Shown in pieces: positions 11,928-24,660 of a DNA stretch of 64,000 bases. The position numbers and the translations under genes were made by a program. Under the pieces are notes generated by a model. That model was not told the DNA's origin, searched no databases, and saw nothing but the letters and a program-made list of their open reading frames with translations. The DNA is from Octopus vulgaris (Eukaryota): positions 76,136,001 through 76,200,000 of the forward strand of contig OX597825.1 of the NCBI GenBank assembly GCA_951406725.2, written 5' to 3'. The number at the start of each line of letters is the position of its first letter. Position 1 is the stretch's first letter.

Positions 11928-13689
11928 ATTTCGACCAATTTTTTCATGTCATGAGAATAAAAATTTGAGCAACACATTTCAAAAATAACTCAGAACAACA
12001 ATTCACAAAACAGCGAACTTAAAGTTGAGCAAAAGATCCGCAAGTCAATTTTAAAATAACCTACCAGTGAGCGAAAAGAAAAGAAAACTTTCCCAAAAGA
12101 CTTTCTCAGTTCATTTGAATATATTCCTTATGTAGTTTTATTTTAAATATTTCTTTTTAAAAGACTTTATAATTTTTTCCAGGGAAATTATATTGAACAT
12201 TTTGATAAATTTTCCATGAACACTGTATTGTAAAACCAGGATGCACGGTTATTTTCATTTGCTCAACATGTGAATACCTTTGCAAATTTGTGTATTTGAC
12301 TTGTTAAAATATTAATTCCAGCTGTGTATTGAAATATATTTGTATTATCAATATTCTTTTTTTCGCAAAATTTTTAACAATTTTTCAGGTTGAGGGCTTT
12401 TGTAGCAAGTCATAATAAACCTTTATCGGCTATAATACGACATCATTGTCATGTTGGTCGAATAGGTATAATTATTAGTTTCTCAATGGTTAAAACTACT
12501 GGCCATATTTGAATTCTAACTTTCATCAAAGAGAAATCTTACATGAAATATGGTTCTTAGAATTCAGATATGAGCAGTTATAAAAACCCTGATTTTTGGG
12601 AAGAAAATTAGTGTTTGTTGTCTGTCATTCGATTCCATGACACTCACTCTCTTGAGATATTGGTTATTGATATGCCAAGTCTTTTATCTAATTCAACAAG
12701 GCTATTTTGAATTGTTGTTTAAAACTCTTGTAGCTTAGTTATGGAAGAATCAATATAAATTTCATGTCATAACTCTCTATGACTCTTCTTTTGACTTATT
12801 AAAATGTACTGTAAATATTAAATGTACGTAAATAAACTAATTTAGTAAATAATTTCTTTTCTTCATTTTCTTCAACCTGTTGATGAAATTTATTTCTGTA
12901 ACTATTGAAGCTGTTATTATAGCAGTGAAAAAGAGTAAGCTTTATTATCTTCAACATACATGCATGTTAAGCGTCTTGGTGTATATAACTCACCACAACG
13001 TTTATGTAGTCTGAGTTAGGATTTATGTATGGTGATAAATACTTATAATTAAGTTATAAGTGGCGGATTTATCACCATAGATTCCTACTCAAGAAATATT
13101 TATATTTCTTATAATTTCAAGTCGAACACGGGATAAATAGATAAAATCATCTAATTGTTATAGATAAATTTTCACTATGATAAATTGCCACTCGTCATTC
13201 TTCTCAATAGTCACGACGTTATAAATTGGCAACAACACCGGTTATAAACTGGTAATCCACCGTTATAAATTGTAGACTAACTGATGTGGATTCCGAATTC
13301 TACTCTGGAGAATAATCACCGTCATAACCTTAAAGGAGCTTTTCTTGTTGGGCTGGAAATAATCCAGACAACCGCAGGTGTGCAGGGAGTCCAAGATGGA
13401 TACCAGTAGATGGGCTGCAATTGGTCAAGGAAGGTCACGGGATGTCATGGTTGGCAGTATTGCTAAATAAGCAACAGTAGTTTCATGGATGAAAGAAGTT
13501 TCTTTGGCCGCATGGTTGAACAGGAAATTGCTGGCAACAGTGCATCTGGATAAGGGATTCAGTGAGGCTTGTGAGCTTATGTGTGGAAGTGTGCATGCAT
13601 GAGTGTGTGTGTGTATGTGTGTAAGTAGGAAGGATTATATAAGCGCATTCTTGAAGAAAATCAACCAATTCATATGAAGAATACAGTGA

Positions 13690-15370
13690 AAGGCTTTCTC
13701 CATGATAGAAAAGATAGATCACATGACAAACCTGAAGCTGGAGACTTACTAAGAAAAGAATTTAAATCAAGGAAAAACCCACTGACCAGCCAGCACCCGA
13801 CCAGATTTGAAGAGGAACTGTATAGTATAGTTCAGAATGTGAACTTCAGAAAGTACTCTAGAAGACACAATAGACATCAACAGAAAATTAGGAAATTACT
13901 TGATGATTTCTTGAAAGTTCCAGGGATACTTGTACCATAGGACAAAACAAGTAACATTTTTATTGTTGATATTGTGTTATTGAAGAATATGATTAGAAAA
14001 GAATTACATAGCAAATATAGACATGCAAATAATGACACATCAAAATGAATAAACAGAAGAGGATTACAAATTGCTAGAGATTTAGCTATAGATCATAGAA
14101 TTGAGCCTTATGTTCCTAGAAAACCTCAGATTATGCTTAAAGACCATAAATCTAAGTTTCTGAATGACCCCCTCAGATTAATTTATCTATCTAAATCAGA
14201 TATAGGGATTATTAGTAAGAAGATCATTGATAGAGTACTGCCCACACTTAAGTCTAAAATTAAATCAGCTCTCTGGTGGATACCAAAGAGATAATAGGAT
14301 GGTTTAAGCATCTAGAAATTAATAGAACCAGTAAATTCTTATAACTAGATATATAGAGAGTTGCTATGCCACTACAAACCTGATCATCCTCAATGAAGCT
14401 CTGATCTATAGTATGGAAAACTCGGTTATGTCCTAACATGGAATAGATATTATACTTGTGGCCCAAACCTCTTTGGTAGATTTTAATGGTATATTATGGA
14501 ATAGATCAGATAGAGAGAGTGCTTTCGGTATAGCGATGTGGTCATCAAATTCTGCACAAGTCACAGACTTGTTTGGAATATATATGCATTCATTAATCCA
14601 GTTTTCCTTTCTGAAAATCATAGGAGGACTATATAGAGATGATGTTCAATTCTTCCTGGACAGAAGTAGTAAAGAACAATTAGAAAGGCATAGGAAACAG
14701 GTCTTTAGACTATTTAAGAACTTAAGACTCAACATAACTATAGAAAAAGATTACCATAGTGTAAACTTCTGTTACGCTACCTTCTGTCTTGATACTGGAT
14801 TATATGAATCCTTTCATAAACCAAATGATAATATTAAGTACATATGTGTGTAGTATCCAATAATTCACCCTCAGTAATACAAGGATTAGTTAATGTTTCC
14901 ATAAGAATATCTAGATTATCTGCTACTAATGAAATTTTTGAATCACATACACCCTATTACAATACTGCTCTAGCTATGGCTGGTTACTGAGAGAAAATTC
15001 AATACATACAAGACACCGATATACACAACTCTGCCAATTTCTCCACTAATAATACACAAACTTAACAACACAATGTTACAGTAAGATCAAACATACAAGT
15101 CAAAACGAATCAGTTGGGGCACTAAACTAGAAGCCAAAACTCAGACACACATGCAACACAATCATACTACTGCTTATAACACAATAAACTGTCCCAACCC
15201 TGTACAACACACCAGAACAAATAAGCCAAACAAATATAAGAATCATGATGCCCCCTCGTACAAAAAATCAACAAGAGGTATTAACTGATTATGTGTGGCA
15301 ATTTAAGAAGAATATGATCTAACTTGGTCCATAATGAGACATGCACAACCATTCAACCATAGAAGTTAGG
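13690..15370 (+). mobile_element. Penelope-like retroelement (Naiad-like), decayed RT
   Basis: Motifs FKSRKNP..FEEEL, VP*DKT, LKDHK, SKSDIGIISK, GLYRDD, LNITIE, HKPND.IKYI and RISRLS, with stops and frameshifts. Clade assignment is inference. Confidence 0.85.
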
Positions 15371-15446
15371 ATTTTCTATATGCTACCACCTTTTCACGTT
15401 TTTTTCATGTTTTCTCATGTTCTTTGTTCTGCATGAAGAGTGATCT

Positions 15447-15498
15447 GTACCTGAAGAATGTGTCTGGATTTTCAAACATGTGAAACTATTAGTAGTGC
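15447..15498 (+). ncRNA. Type I hammerhead ribozyme just downstream of the PLE ORF
   Basis: gtac-CTGAAGA-ATGTGT..ACATGT-GAAAC-TATTA-GTA-gtgc; stems I and II pair, 2-bp stem III, GUA cleavage triplet. Confidence 0.7.
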
Positions 15499-15579
15499 CC
15501 AAAGATATGTATTGTGATCATTAAACAGCTACATATATATTATATTATATTACATTATATATATATATATATATATATA

Positions 15580-15765
15580 GGGGGAGAGTTCATGAAAAAA
15601 CAAAAGATGAAGACAGGTGGTGTACAAAACAAACAGATGTATTAGTATAACACTCAGGAAATGGAAAAGTCTTTAACGTTTCGAGCCTACGCTCTTCTAC
15701 AGAAAGGGACACAGAAAAAAGCAAGGAGAGAAAAAAGGAGAGAAAAAAATTTGTGTAGTGGCTTG
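15580..15765 (-). mobile_element. Short repeat (family C) with a minimal hammerhead-like motif at 15671-15706
   Basis: cttt-CTGTAGA-A-GAGC(GTAG)GCTC-GAAACGTT-aaag. Homologous to 34830-35000 and 43700-43870; abuts (TA)n. Confidence 0.7.
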
Positions 15766-15769
15766 ATAC

Positions 15770-16530
15770 ATAATTCCAAGAGAGTTAGAAGTTGTGAATC
15801 CAACAAACTAAGGGATGATATCTATCCAATATACTATTGATAGAATACCCAATTATTAATACACAAGTTTTTTTTTTTGTTGCATAGCAATTACAATACT
15901 GAATATAATAAATAGACGAGGGTAAGAAGTTGTTTTACAATTAATTTGTACAGCAATAAGAAAATGGAGGGGATCAATAGGTGGTATTCATCAACTTTTA
16001 GACAATATATTATGTCTTAAACAATTGTAATAATATACATACATGTGTAAAAATATCAGTACTTATTAAAGTATATAACATAGAACATAGAAAGTAGAAT
16101 AGTTTCTTACAGCTGTTTCAGCCAAGAGGTCACAGTACCCCACTTTACTTCCATCCCTTCAGTGAACTGAAGTATTTGGTAGATAAGATTAAGGTACTTG
16201 GATGTGCCTCTGGGCTTCGTCAGAGAGTTTAGAAAGTTCATAAGGTTAAGTTATAAGTATAAATACATACATATATATACTCACTTTTACATATACATAT
16301 ATATACATAAATATATATAAATACATATCCATATATTTATATATATATGTATATGCATACAACGAAATCAATTATTGTTATTATTAGGTGTATTATATTA
16401 TTCTTATTAGATAAAGTATAAACAGAGGAAAGAGAAAATTATCAAAAGAGAAATGATAGTGGAATTTCAATAATCAATCTAGCTTAAAGGTATTGTAGTT
16501 TTGTAGGAATGAAAAGGTATATAAATGAGG
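15770..16530 (-). mobile_element. PLE pLTR-like element, same family as 6483-7260
   Basis: Reverse-complement homology to 6483-7260; contains an intact hammerhead. Confidence 0.75.
16105..16226 (-). ncRNA. Type I hammerhead with ~100-nt extended stem II
   Basis: tct-CTGACGA, stem II AGCC/GGCT, AGAGG/CCTCT, AGTACC/GGTACT and apical CTTCAG-TTCA-CTGAAG, then GAAAC-AGCT-GTA-aga. Confidence 0.8.
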
Positions 16531-16673
16531 TTGTCGATCTCAGTCTAGAAGAGGGTTGTTTCTCACATGGTCAGTTGTATGTAGGTTGTTTCAGAGTAGG
16601 AAGCCCACAGAAATTCTCCATATATGCTCCAAAGGAAAAAGTGAAAAGCATTGTATATAGTGAAGTTCTGTAA
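16530..16673 (+). mobile_element. Helitron PIF1-helicase C-terminal fragment
   Basis: VVDLSLEEGCFSHGQLYVGCFRVG...IVYSEVL* (FSHGQLYV motif). Confidence 0.8.
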
Positions 16674-16707
16674 ATGTGCTAATATGTGCCTTATGAATAC
16701 ATTTCAA

Positions 16708-19170
16708 CACCATACAGACCAGCAGGTCCACTAGTGTATGGTGCAAAATCCCCTCTCGACCCAAGGTAATGTGGTGGTGGAACAATGTTATTGACAGGGC
16801 CATTGGAGAAGAGAAATAGGGTTGGAAGGACTGGAAGAACATTGGCAGCAGGGCATCATGTCTGACTGTCAAAAGGGAAGCTAGGAGACAGGTTTATTTA
16901 ACCAGGGGGGAAGCAGATAAGAAAAAATTTGCCAATGTTCTGTGCTGTGAGGACCAAAGACTTAAGATATTTCGTGCTGCGAGATAGTGTGTGAGACAGA
17001 ATCATAATGTCATAGGAGAGAAATGTATTTGCATGGATGATGGCTCACTTGCATTAAACGAGGCTGCACTATGAAAGGTTGCTAAATAAAGAGAATGAAT
17101 GGGAGAAAGAGAGCCTGCCGAATGCTGACCCAACAGAGGGACGAGCTATCCAAATTGACAGTGCCTTGGTAGATAAAACAATTAAGGGTATGAAAGACCC
17201 TGGCCCATCAGGAATCACCACAGATATGATCAAAACATCTGGCAGTGTCGGCTATAGCCTAGTCTCCCATATAGTTAAGCAGGTGATACACAAAGGAGTC
17301 ATTCCCAATGACTGGTGTAGCAGCATAATAGTCAACTGCTACAAAGGTAAAGGTGATGCATTAGAAACAAATAATTACAGAGGTATCAAGCTGTTGGATC
17401 AGGTAATGAAAGTCACAGAGAGGGTTCTAGCCCAACTAATAGGGAGAGGGTCAGTCCAGATGAGATGCAGTTTGGGTTTCTGTCAGGGAAAAGTACCACT
17501 GATGCTATATTTCTAGTAAGGTAGCTGCAGGAGAAATACCTGGGCAAAGATAAGCCCCTGTACCTGGCTTTCGTTGACATGGAGAAAGCCTTTGACAGGG
17601 TCCTTCGATCCCTTATCTGGTGGCCAATGATGAAACTAGGGATAGATGAAAGGTTAGTGAGAGCTGTGCCAACCATGTACAGGGACACTGTCAGTAAGGT
17701 GAGGGTTGGCAATGAATACAGTGAAGAATTTCAGGTAGAGGTAGGGGTCCACCAATGTTCAGTACTCAGCCCCCTCCTATTTAACATAGTCCTCCAGGCA
17801 ATAACAGAGGAATTCAAGACAGGATGCTCCTGGGATCTCCTCTATAAGATGTACCCAGTGTAAGCTATGGACACATAAGAGGTGCACCAATATCAAAGGA
17901 AGGCTAACTGGGAAGATAGTTTTTGTATGTGGAAAATGCTCATGAGCAATAAACACTGAAAATGTGCAGAGAACAACTGCTGTCACATTCCAGAGAGAAA
18001 AACTACAAGTAGTTGACAGCTTCTGATACCTAGGTGACCAAGTCAGTAGTGAGGGTAGATGCTCTGAAAGTGTAGCTGCTAGAATAGGAATAGTCTGAGC
18101 AAAGTTCAGAGAGCTCCTACCTCTGCTGGTGACAAAGAGCCTCTCGCACAGAGTAAAAGGTAGACTGTATGATGCATGTGTACGAACAGCCATGTTACAT
18201 GGCAGTAAAACATGGGCTGTGACAGCTGAGGACATGCGTAAGCTTGCAAGGAATGAAGCCAGTATGCTCTGCTGGATGTGTAATGTCAGTGTGCATACAT
18301 GACAGAGTGTAAGCGCCTTGAGAGAAAAGTTGGACCTAAGAAGCATCATATGTGGTGTGCAAGAGATACGACTATGCTGGTAAAGGACATGTGGTGTGAA
18401 TGGATGAGGATAAATGTGTGAAAAAGTGTCACTTCCTAGCAGTTGAGGTAATCTGTGGAAGAGGTAGATTCAGGAAGACCTGGGATGACATGATGAAGCA
18501 CGACCTTTGAACATTGGGCCTCACCAAGGTAATGACTAGTGACTGAGACCTTTGGAAATATGCTGTGCTTGAGTAGACTTGGCAAGCCAAATGAGACCAT
18601 AACCCATGGTTTATGCCAGCGGTATAACCAGCCTACTTGTGCATTGCTTGCGAAGACCTGTTAAGGCAAGTGAAACAAAATCAAAATCAAATTTGCTGAC
18701 TTGGCCAATAACAGCACCGCCTGACAGGGCATCCGTGCTAGTGGAACATTAAAAGCATCACCCGAATGTGATCATCCCAGGGCCACTAACTGGCTCCCAT
18801 GCCGGTGGAACATAAATAGCACCATTCAAGGCTGATTGTTACCAGCGTCACCTTACTGGCACGTGAAAAACAACATTCAAGAGTGGTTGTTGCCATTGCT
18901 GCTGGACTGGCTCCTGTACAGGTGGTACATAAAAAACAGCATTTGAGTGTGGCCATCGCCAGTGCCACCTGACTGGCCTTTGTGCTGGTGACACCTAAAA
19001 GCACCAACTACACTCTCAGAGTGGTTGGTGTTAGGAAGGGCATCCAGCTACAGAAACTCTGCCAGATCAGATTGGAACCTGTAGCAGCCATCTGACTTGC
19101 CAGTCTTCAGTCAAACCATCCAACCCATGCCAGAATGGAAAGCGGATGTTAAACGATGATGATGATGATA
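16708..19170 (+). mobile_element. RTE-clade LINE, 5'-truncated, with an internal deletion removing YADD
   Basis: WWWN, GPSGIT, NYRGIKLL, MEKAFDRV and LSPLLF. At ~17843 it jumps from LLY to the PHD-region RCTQC. Repeat-containing 3' UTR and (GAT)n tail. Confidence 0.92.
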
Positions 19171-19188
19171 TATCCATACATACATATG

Positions 19189-19220
<32 letters not shown>

Positions 19221-19404
19221 AGTATGTATGTATGTATGTATGTATTTATGTATGTATATGTATAGGATGGAGTTCTTCAAGTTTTCATTTACTAAATCCA
19301 ATATAGATTTTGTTTGGCCTGGGGCTATAATAGCAGACATTTACCCAATAAGCCAAGCTGTGGAACTGGATCTGAACCTTTGTGTTTGGGAGGCAAACTT
19401 CTTA

Positions 19405-19453
<49 letters not shown>

Positions 19454-19815
19454 TATATATAATTTCTTTTGAAGCCACCTAACTCATTAATTTAATGTTT
19501 ATGGTTGACAGGAGTTTTTAATTACATGGTTTAGGGACAGAACTACAATAAGGAACAGGAGTTCAAATCCTGTTAGGGGTGAAAATTTTAAAGCTCTTTG
19601 GATCTGAATCTATATTCAAATTTAAAGAACATATGCCATGTCAATGCAATTATTAAATACCAGTTTCAGCTTATTTCTTTGAAAATAGCATAATTTTTTA
19701 TGATACAAGTGTACAAGTAGATATGCATGTATGTGTGTGTATGTATGAGTTTGTGTATGTATGTGTGTGTTTATAATCTTTTTGCATATTTGTGTATCTA
19801 TTTCAATTTACTTAC

Positions 19816-20009
19816 TGTATAGCCATAATACTTTTCAACTTTAATAGAACTTGGCTTTTCTCCACTTTTTAATTCAAAATTGCTGTAGAAGCATCTTAGT
19901 TTGCTGTTATATGATAAGTCTTTATAGTCATTGTTCAATTTAATGCGAACTGAAGAATAGTAAGCCTTAGCAAAACAAACTTTTACATTCCATTTTGTGG
20001 CCTGGATAT
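19816..20009 (-). CDS. Internal coding exon of an uncharacterised secreted protein (phase 1 in, phase 0 out)
   Basis: Acceptor ttttttcttcttttttcaatctatttccAG, donor ACA|GTAAGT. 194 nt open, reading (N)IQATKWNVKVCFAKAYYSSVRIKLNNDYKDLSYNSKLRCFYSNFELKSGEKPSSIKVEKYYGYT. Single-copy in this window. Confidence 0.7.
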
Positions 20010-20294
20010 CTGGAAATAGATTGAAAAAAGAAGAAAAAAATCTCAATTTATTTTCAAAACACCTAAAAGATTTTATAATGTGAATGATTACATCAAGAAA
20101 ACTCATATAAAACATTGGAATTGGTTTTAAGAATAACATAAAATCTCAATAATCATGAAAATCTGAATTCTTCCCACATTTTGTCCCAAGAAAATGTTTT
20201 TTTTTTACATGTTTTCTTTAAGAATCAGACATAAATCTCATTGCATCATTATCAAATTTGTTCACAACACCCACTCATATTGAGTCATTAATTG

Positions 20295-20826
20295 ATTTCA
20301 AATATTGGCACAAGGCCAGCAATTTCAGGGGAGGGGTAAGTCGATTACATTGACCCCCAGTGTTTAACTGGTACTTATGAACACTGAAAGGATGAAAGCA
20401 AGGTTAATCTTAATCGTAATATATATTACTTTTTTGCCCACAGGGGGCTAAACATAGAGGGAATAAACAAGGACAAACAAAGGGATGAAGTCGATTACAT
20501 CTACCCCAGTTTGTAACTGGTACTTATTTAATCAACCCTGAAAGAATGAAAGGCAAAGTCAACCTCGGCGGAATTTGAACTCAGAACGTAATGGCAGAAG
20601 AAATACCTATTTCTTTACTACCCACAGAGAGGACAAACAAGGACAGACAAACGGATTAAGTCGATTACATCGACTCCAGTGCATAACTGGTACTTAATTT
20701 ATCGACCCCGAAAGGATGAAAGGCAAAGTTGACCTCAGTGAATCTGAACTGAGAATGTAACGGCAGACAAAATAGTTCTAAGCATTTTGCCCACTGTGCT
20801 AATGATTCTGCCAGCTCACTTGCCCT
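20295..20826 (-). mobile_element. Cluster of three tandem/nested SINE family B copies
   Basis: Three AAGTCGATTACAT..GGTACTTA..GAAAGGATGAAAG blocks; tRNA-like head near 20826. Confidence 0.85.
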
Positions 20827-21564
20827 TCTTAATCTTAATATTGATATTGATATTACTGTTAATGCTGTGTTAATGTTAAGGTCATAGAGAGAATTACTTT
20901 AATTATTATGGCCAAAATTTCTCTACCACTGTCCTCAACATCGCCATTCCATAGCCATACTAACACACACACACACACACACACAAAAAGGAAAACAGTG
21001 TGTAAATCAGAAAGCTGACAACAGAAAAATAGAAAATTTCTTAAGTGATACATCATCATCATCATCATCATAATCAGCATCTTTAACCTTACCACCACCA
21101 CCACCACCACCATTACCACTGAAATAAAAGCATACACATATATAAATATATACATGCGTATACACACAAATATCATGTATGTAAACATGCATGTACATGT
21201 ATACATCAACACATGTGTAAAATTACATGCAAACACGTGTTACTACACATATGTATGTGTGTCTGTGTATACAGAAAAACTGAAATAGCATTAAAAAATA
21301 TAACAATGTGTTACAAAGGGCCACAAGTCCTATAAGTCAATAGATCAACCAGGTCCACAGTCAAGTGGGATGCAGTGTTCCCATTGAAAAAGCCATAGCC
21401 TAAGGTAAATAGGTGAAATGTTCTGGGAGTGGTGCTAATATAACTAGAAGGTGTAGAAGTCAGATGAAGCCAAGTGTATGGTCGTGTTTGTGTATGTACG
21501 CTTTTAGTTTTTGTTTATTTTCTTCATTTATCTCTTTTTGTATGTTTGTATATTGTATTTTACA

Positions 21565-23670
21565 TTATCATCATCATTTAAGGTCTGTTGTTCATGTTGG
21601 CAGGGGTTGGACGGTTTGACCAGGGCTGGTAATCTGAGGGGATGCACCAGACTCCAGTCTGATTTGGCATGATTTCTACAGTTGGATGCACTTCCTTACG
21701 CCAACAACTCTGAGAGTGAAATGGTCACTTTTAAGTGCCACCAGCACAGGTGCCAGTTGCATGACACCAGTATTTGCCATGCTAATGATTCCACTTGGTT
21801 TGATGGGTCTTCTTCTCAAGCAAAGCATATTGCCAAGGGTCTCAGTCATTTGTCATTGCCACTATGAGTCCCAGTACTTGAAAAGTGCTTTTTACATGCC
21901 ACTGGTACAGGTGCTGGTTATGCAACACCAGCATTGGCCAGAGTGCCTCCATGAGGGCCAGTGCTTAAACAGTGCTTTTTACATTCCACCAGCATGAGTG
22001 CCAGTTATGTGACACCAACATTGACCACATTGCCTGTGCATTGCTCAGTGCTTGACTGGTGCTTCTTAAGTGCCACTGGTACAGGTGCCATTTACATGAC
22101 ATTGGCATCATCCACATTGCCTCCATGAGGACCAATGTGTGAATGGTGCTTTTTACATGCCACCAGCATGGGTGCCAATAAAGTGACGCCAACATCAGCC
22201 ATGTCTATAGTTTCACTTGGCTTGCCTCTAATGCCCAACTTTTCTCTCAAGACACTTATACTCTGCTGCACCCTGACACTGCACATTCAGTGAAGCAAAC
22301 TAGCTTCATTTCTTTCAAGCCTACGCATGTCCTTGGCAATTACAGCCCATATTTCACTGCCATGTTGCATAGCTGTTTACACACAAGCATCTTATAGTCT
22401 GCTTTCACACGGATGGTGGGGCTCTTTGTAGTCAACAGAGGTAGGAGCTCTCTGAACTTGCCCAGCCTATTCTTATTCTTGCAGCTACGCTCTTGGAGCA
22501 TGAACCTCTGCTACTGACTTGATCATCTAAATAACAGAAGCTATCAACCACCTCTAGCTTAGTTCCCTTGCAGTCGATGGAGTCTATTTTCTGTACATTT
22601 TTAGTGTTTATTGTACTTGTGCACCTTCCAAACACAAGAACTATTTTCCTAATTAATCCTCCTCTGATATTGCTGCATCTCTTATGTGTCCATCGCTTAC
22701 ATTGGGTACATCCTATGAAGTTTCTATCATTGCCTTTCCTACAGATTAAGCAGGGCCAACTGCCTGAAGTGATTTGTGATTTGTCTGCTTTCCTTCTTAC
22801 TAAGACTTTGGTTTTTGCTAGGTTAACTCTAAGACCCTTCAATTTCACACCTTGCGTCCACTCCTGAAATTCCTTATTTAGTTCTGGTAGTGATTCAACT
22901 ATAAGAACAAAGTCATCAGCCCAGAAGAGCTCCCATGGCAGCCTGTCTTAAACTCCTCTGTTATTGTCTGGAGGACTATGATAAACAAGAAGAGGCTGAA
23001 GACTGATCCTTCGTGAACCCTTACTTCTACCATGAATTCATCGCTATACTTGTTGCAAACTCTTACCTTACATGACCTGTACAGCTCTCACCAGCCACTC
23101 ATCAGTCCCTAGTTTCTGCATTGACCACAAGGTAAGAGACTGGATACCCTGTCAAAGGCATTCTCCATATCAATAAAAGCCAAGTACTGAGGTTTATCTT
23201 TGGCTAGGTATTTCTCCAGCAGTTGTATTACCAGAAATATGGCATTAATGGTGTTTCTGCCTGGCACAAAACCAAACTGCATCTCATCTAGACAAACTCT
23301 CTACCTAACTGGTTGGGCTGTGATCCCCTCTGTGACTTTTGTCACCTGATCCAACAATTTGATACCTCTGTAATTATTTCTAAGGTGTCACCTTTACATT
23401 TGTAGCAGTTGACTATGGTGCTGCTACACCAGTCATTGGGTATGACTCCTTCGTGTACCACCTGATTAATTATACAGGTGACTAAATCATAACCCACACT
23501 GCCAGATATTTTAAGCATCGCAGTGGTGATTCCTGATGAGTTGGGACTTTCTCTGTTTTCATATCCTTCATGGCTTTGTCTACAACACTACTGTCTCTTC
23601 AGATTGCTAGTCCCTCTGTCAGATCAAAATTAGGTGGAATCTCCTTTTCCCATGAGTTCTCTACATTTGT
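21565..23670 (-). mobile_element. RTE-clade LINE fragment (older), with PHD-type insertion
   Basis: NYRGIKLL, QFGF, ADD and GLRVNLAKTKVL-[C/H finger]-LEVVDSFCYL; repeat-rich 3' UTR and (CAT)n. Confidence 0.9.
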
Positions 23671-24037
23671 GAGTAAATATGTATTGTGCATATATTTATG
23701 TATTGGTACATTTCTGTTGATGGATAGTTGAGCGATTCAACTGATAGTCAGATTAATGGCTTGCTGTTTGGATGCAGGGTTTATAATAATATATAGGTGA
23801 ATGTGTATGTAAGTTTATGCATATTTTTTGTATGCTTATATAGGTGCATATGTGCATGTATGTACACACACTTATATATATGTATGTATAAAAATATGTT
23901 TGTGAATACATATATACATATATGTGCTTGTGTTTGGGTGTGGTTGTGACTGTATATTTCGGTACGTATATGTATGTGAATATTTTTATATCTGCATGCA
24001 TATATCGCATATATATATATATATATGTATACACACA

Positions 24038-24478
24038 CAGTAATACCTCACTATACGAGGACTCATTTTACGAGACCCTGGGTTTATGAGTTTTATTTTT
24101 TAGCTCACTTTTGTGTGGTGAGCTGAAATTTTTCAAGCACAAGATCCAGATGTTGAATGAAATGCAAATGTTTCTACTATCATAAAAAATGTTTCTGCGT
24201 GTTACCGAGAAATTTATAGACAGCAAAAAAGAAAAAGCTTCTTCTCAGCAAACAACTCTAGGCTTGTTTCTTAAAAATAAATCTACAACACTGTCTTGTG
24301 AATTAGCAATCATGTCTACAAGTGATGGTATGCATGAGTCTAGTGAGAGTGAGAGTGATTCAGAAAACGATTATGATAAAAACTATTTTTTATTATAAAT
24401 GATCTTGACATTCTTTTTTACTTAGCATAAAATATTCTTTACATTCTGCTATTGTTTTATTGCCATTTATTTATGAGT
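24038..24478 (+). mobile_element. Pogo/Tigger-like non-autonomous remnant
   Basis: TIR-like start CAGTAATACCTCACTATACGAG; C-terminal CYREIY and QQTTLGLFLK remnants. Confidence 0.5.
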
Positions 24479-24489
24479 ATTATAAATAC

Positions 24490-24660
24490 TTTTTTACCAA
24501 CAGTGGTAGGAGCTCTCTGGACTTTGCCAAGCCTATTCTTATTCTATCAGCTACACTCTTGGAGCATCCACCTCCACTACTGAGTTGGTCACCTAGGTAA
24601 TGGAAGCTATCAACTACTTCTAGTTTTCCCACCTGGCATTTCATGGAGTCTATTCCATTT
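24490..24660 (-). mobile_element. RTE RT fragment
   Basis: KLEVVDSFHYLGDQLSSGGGCSKSVADRIRIG. Confidence 0.85.

Noticed and set aside
19520-19582. tRNA-like A/B boxes
   Set aside because: No complete cloverleaf; likely a decayed SINE head, not a tRNA gene.
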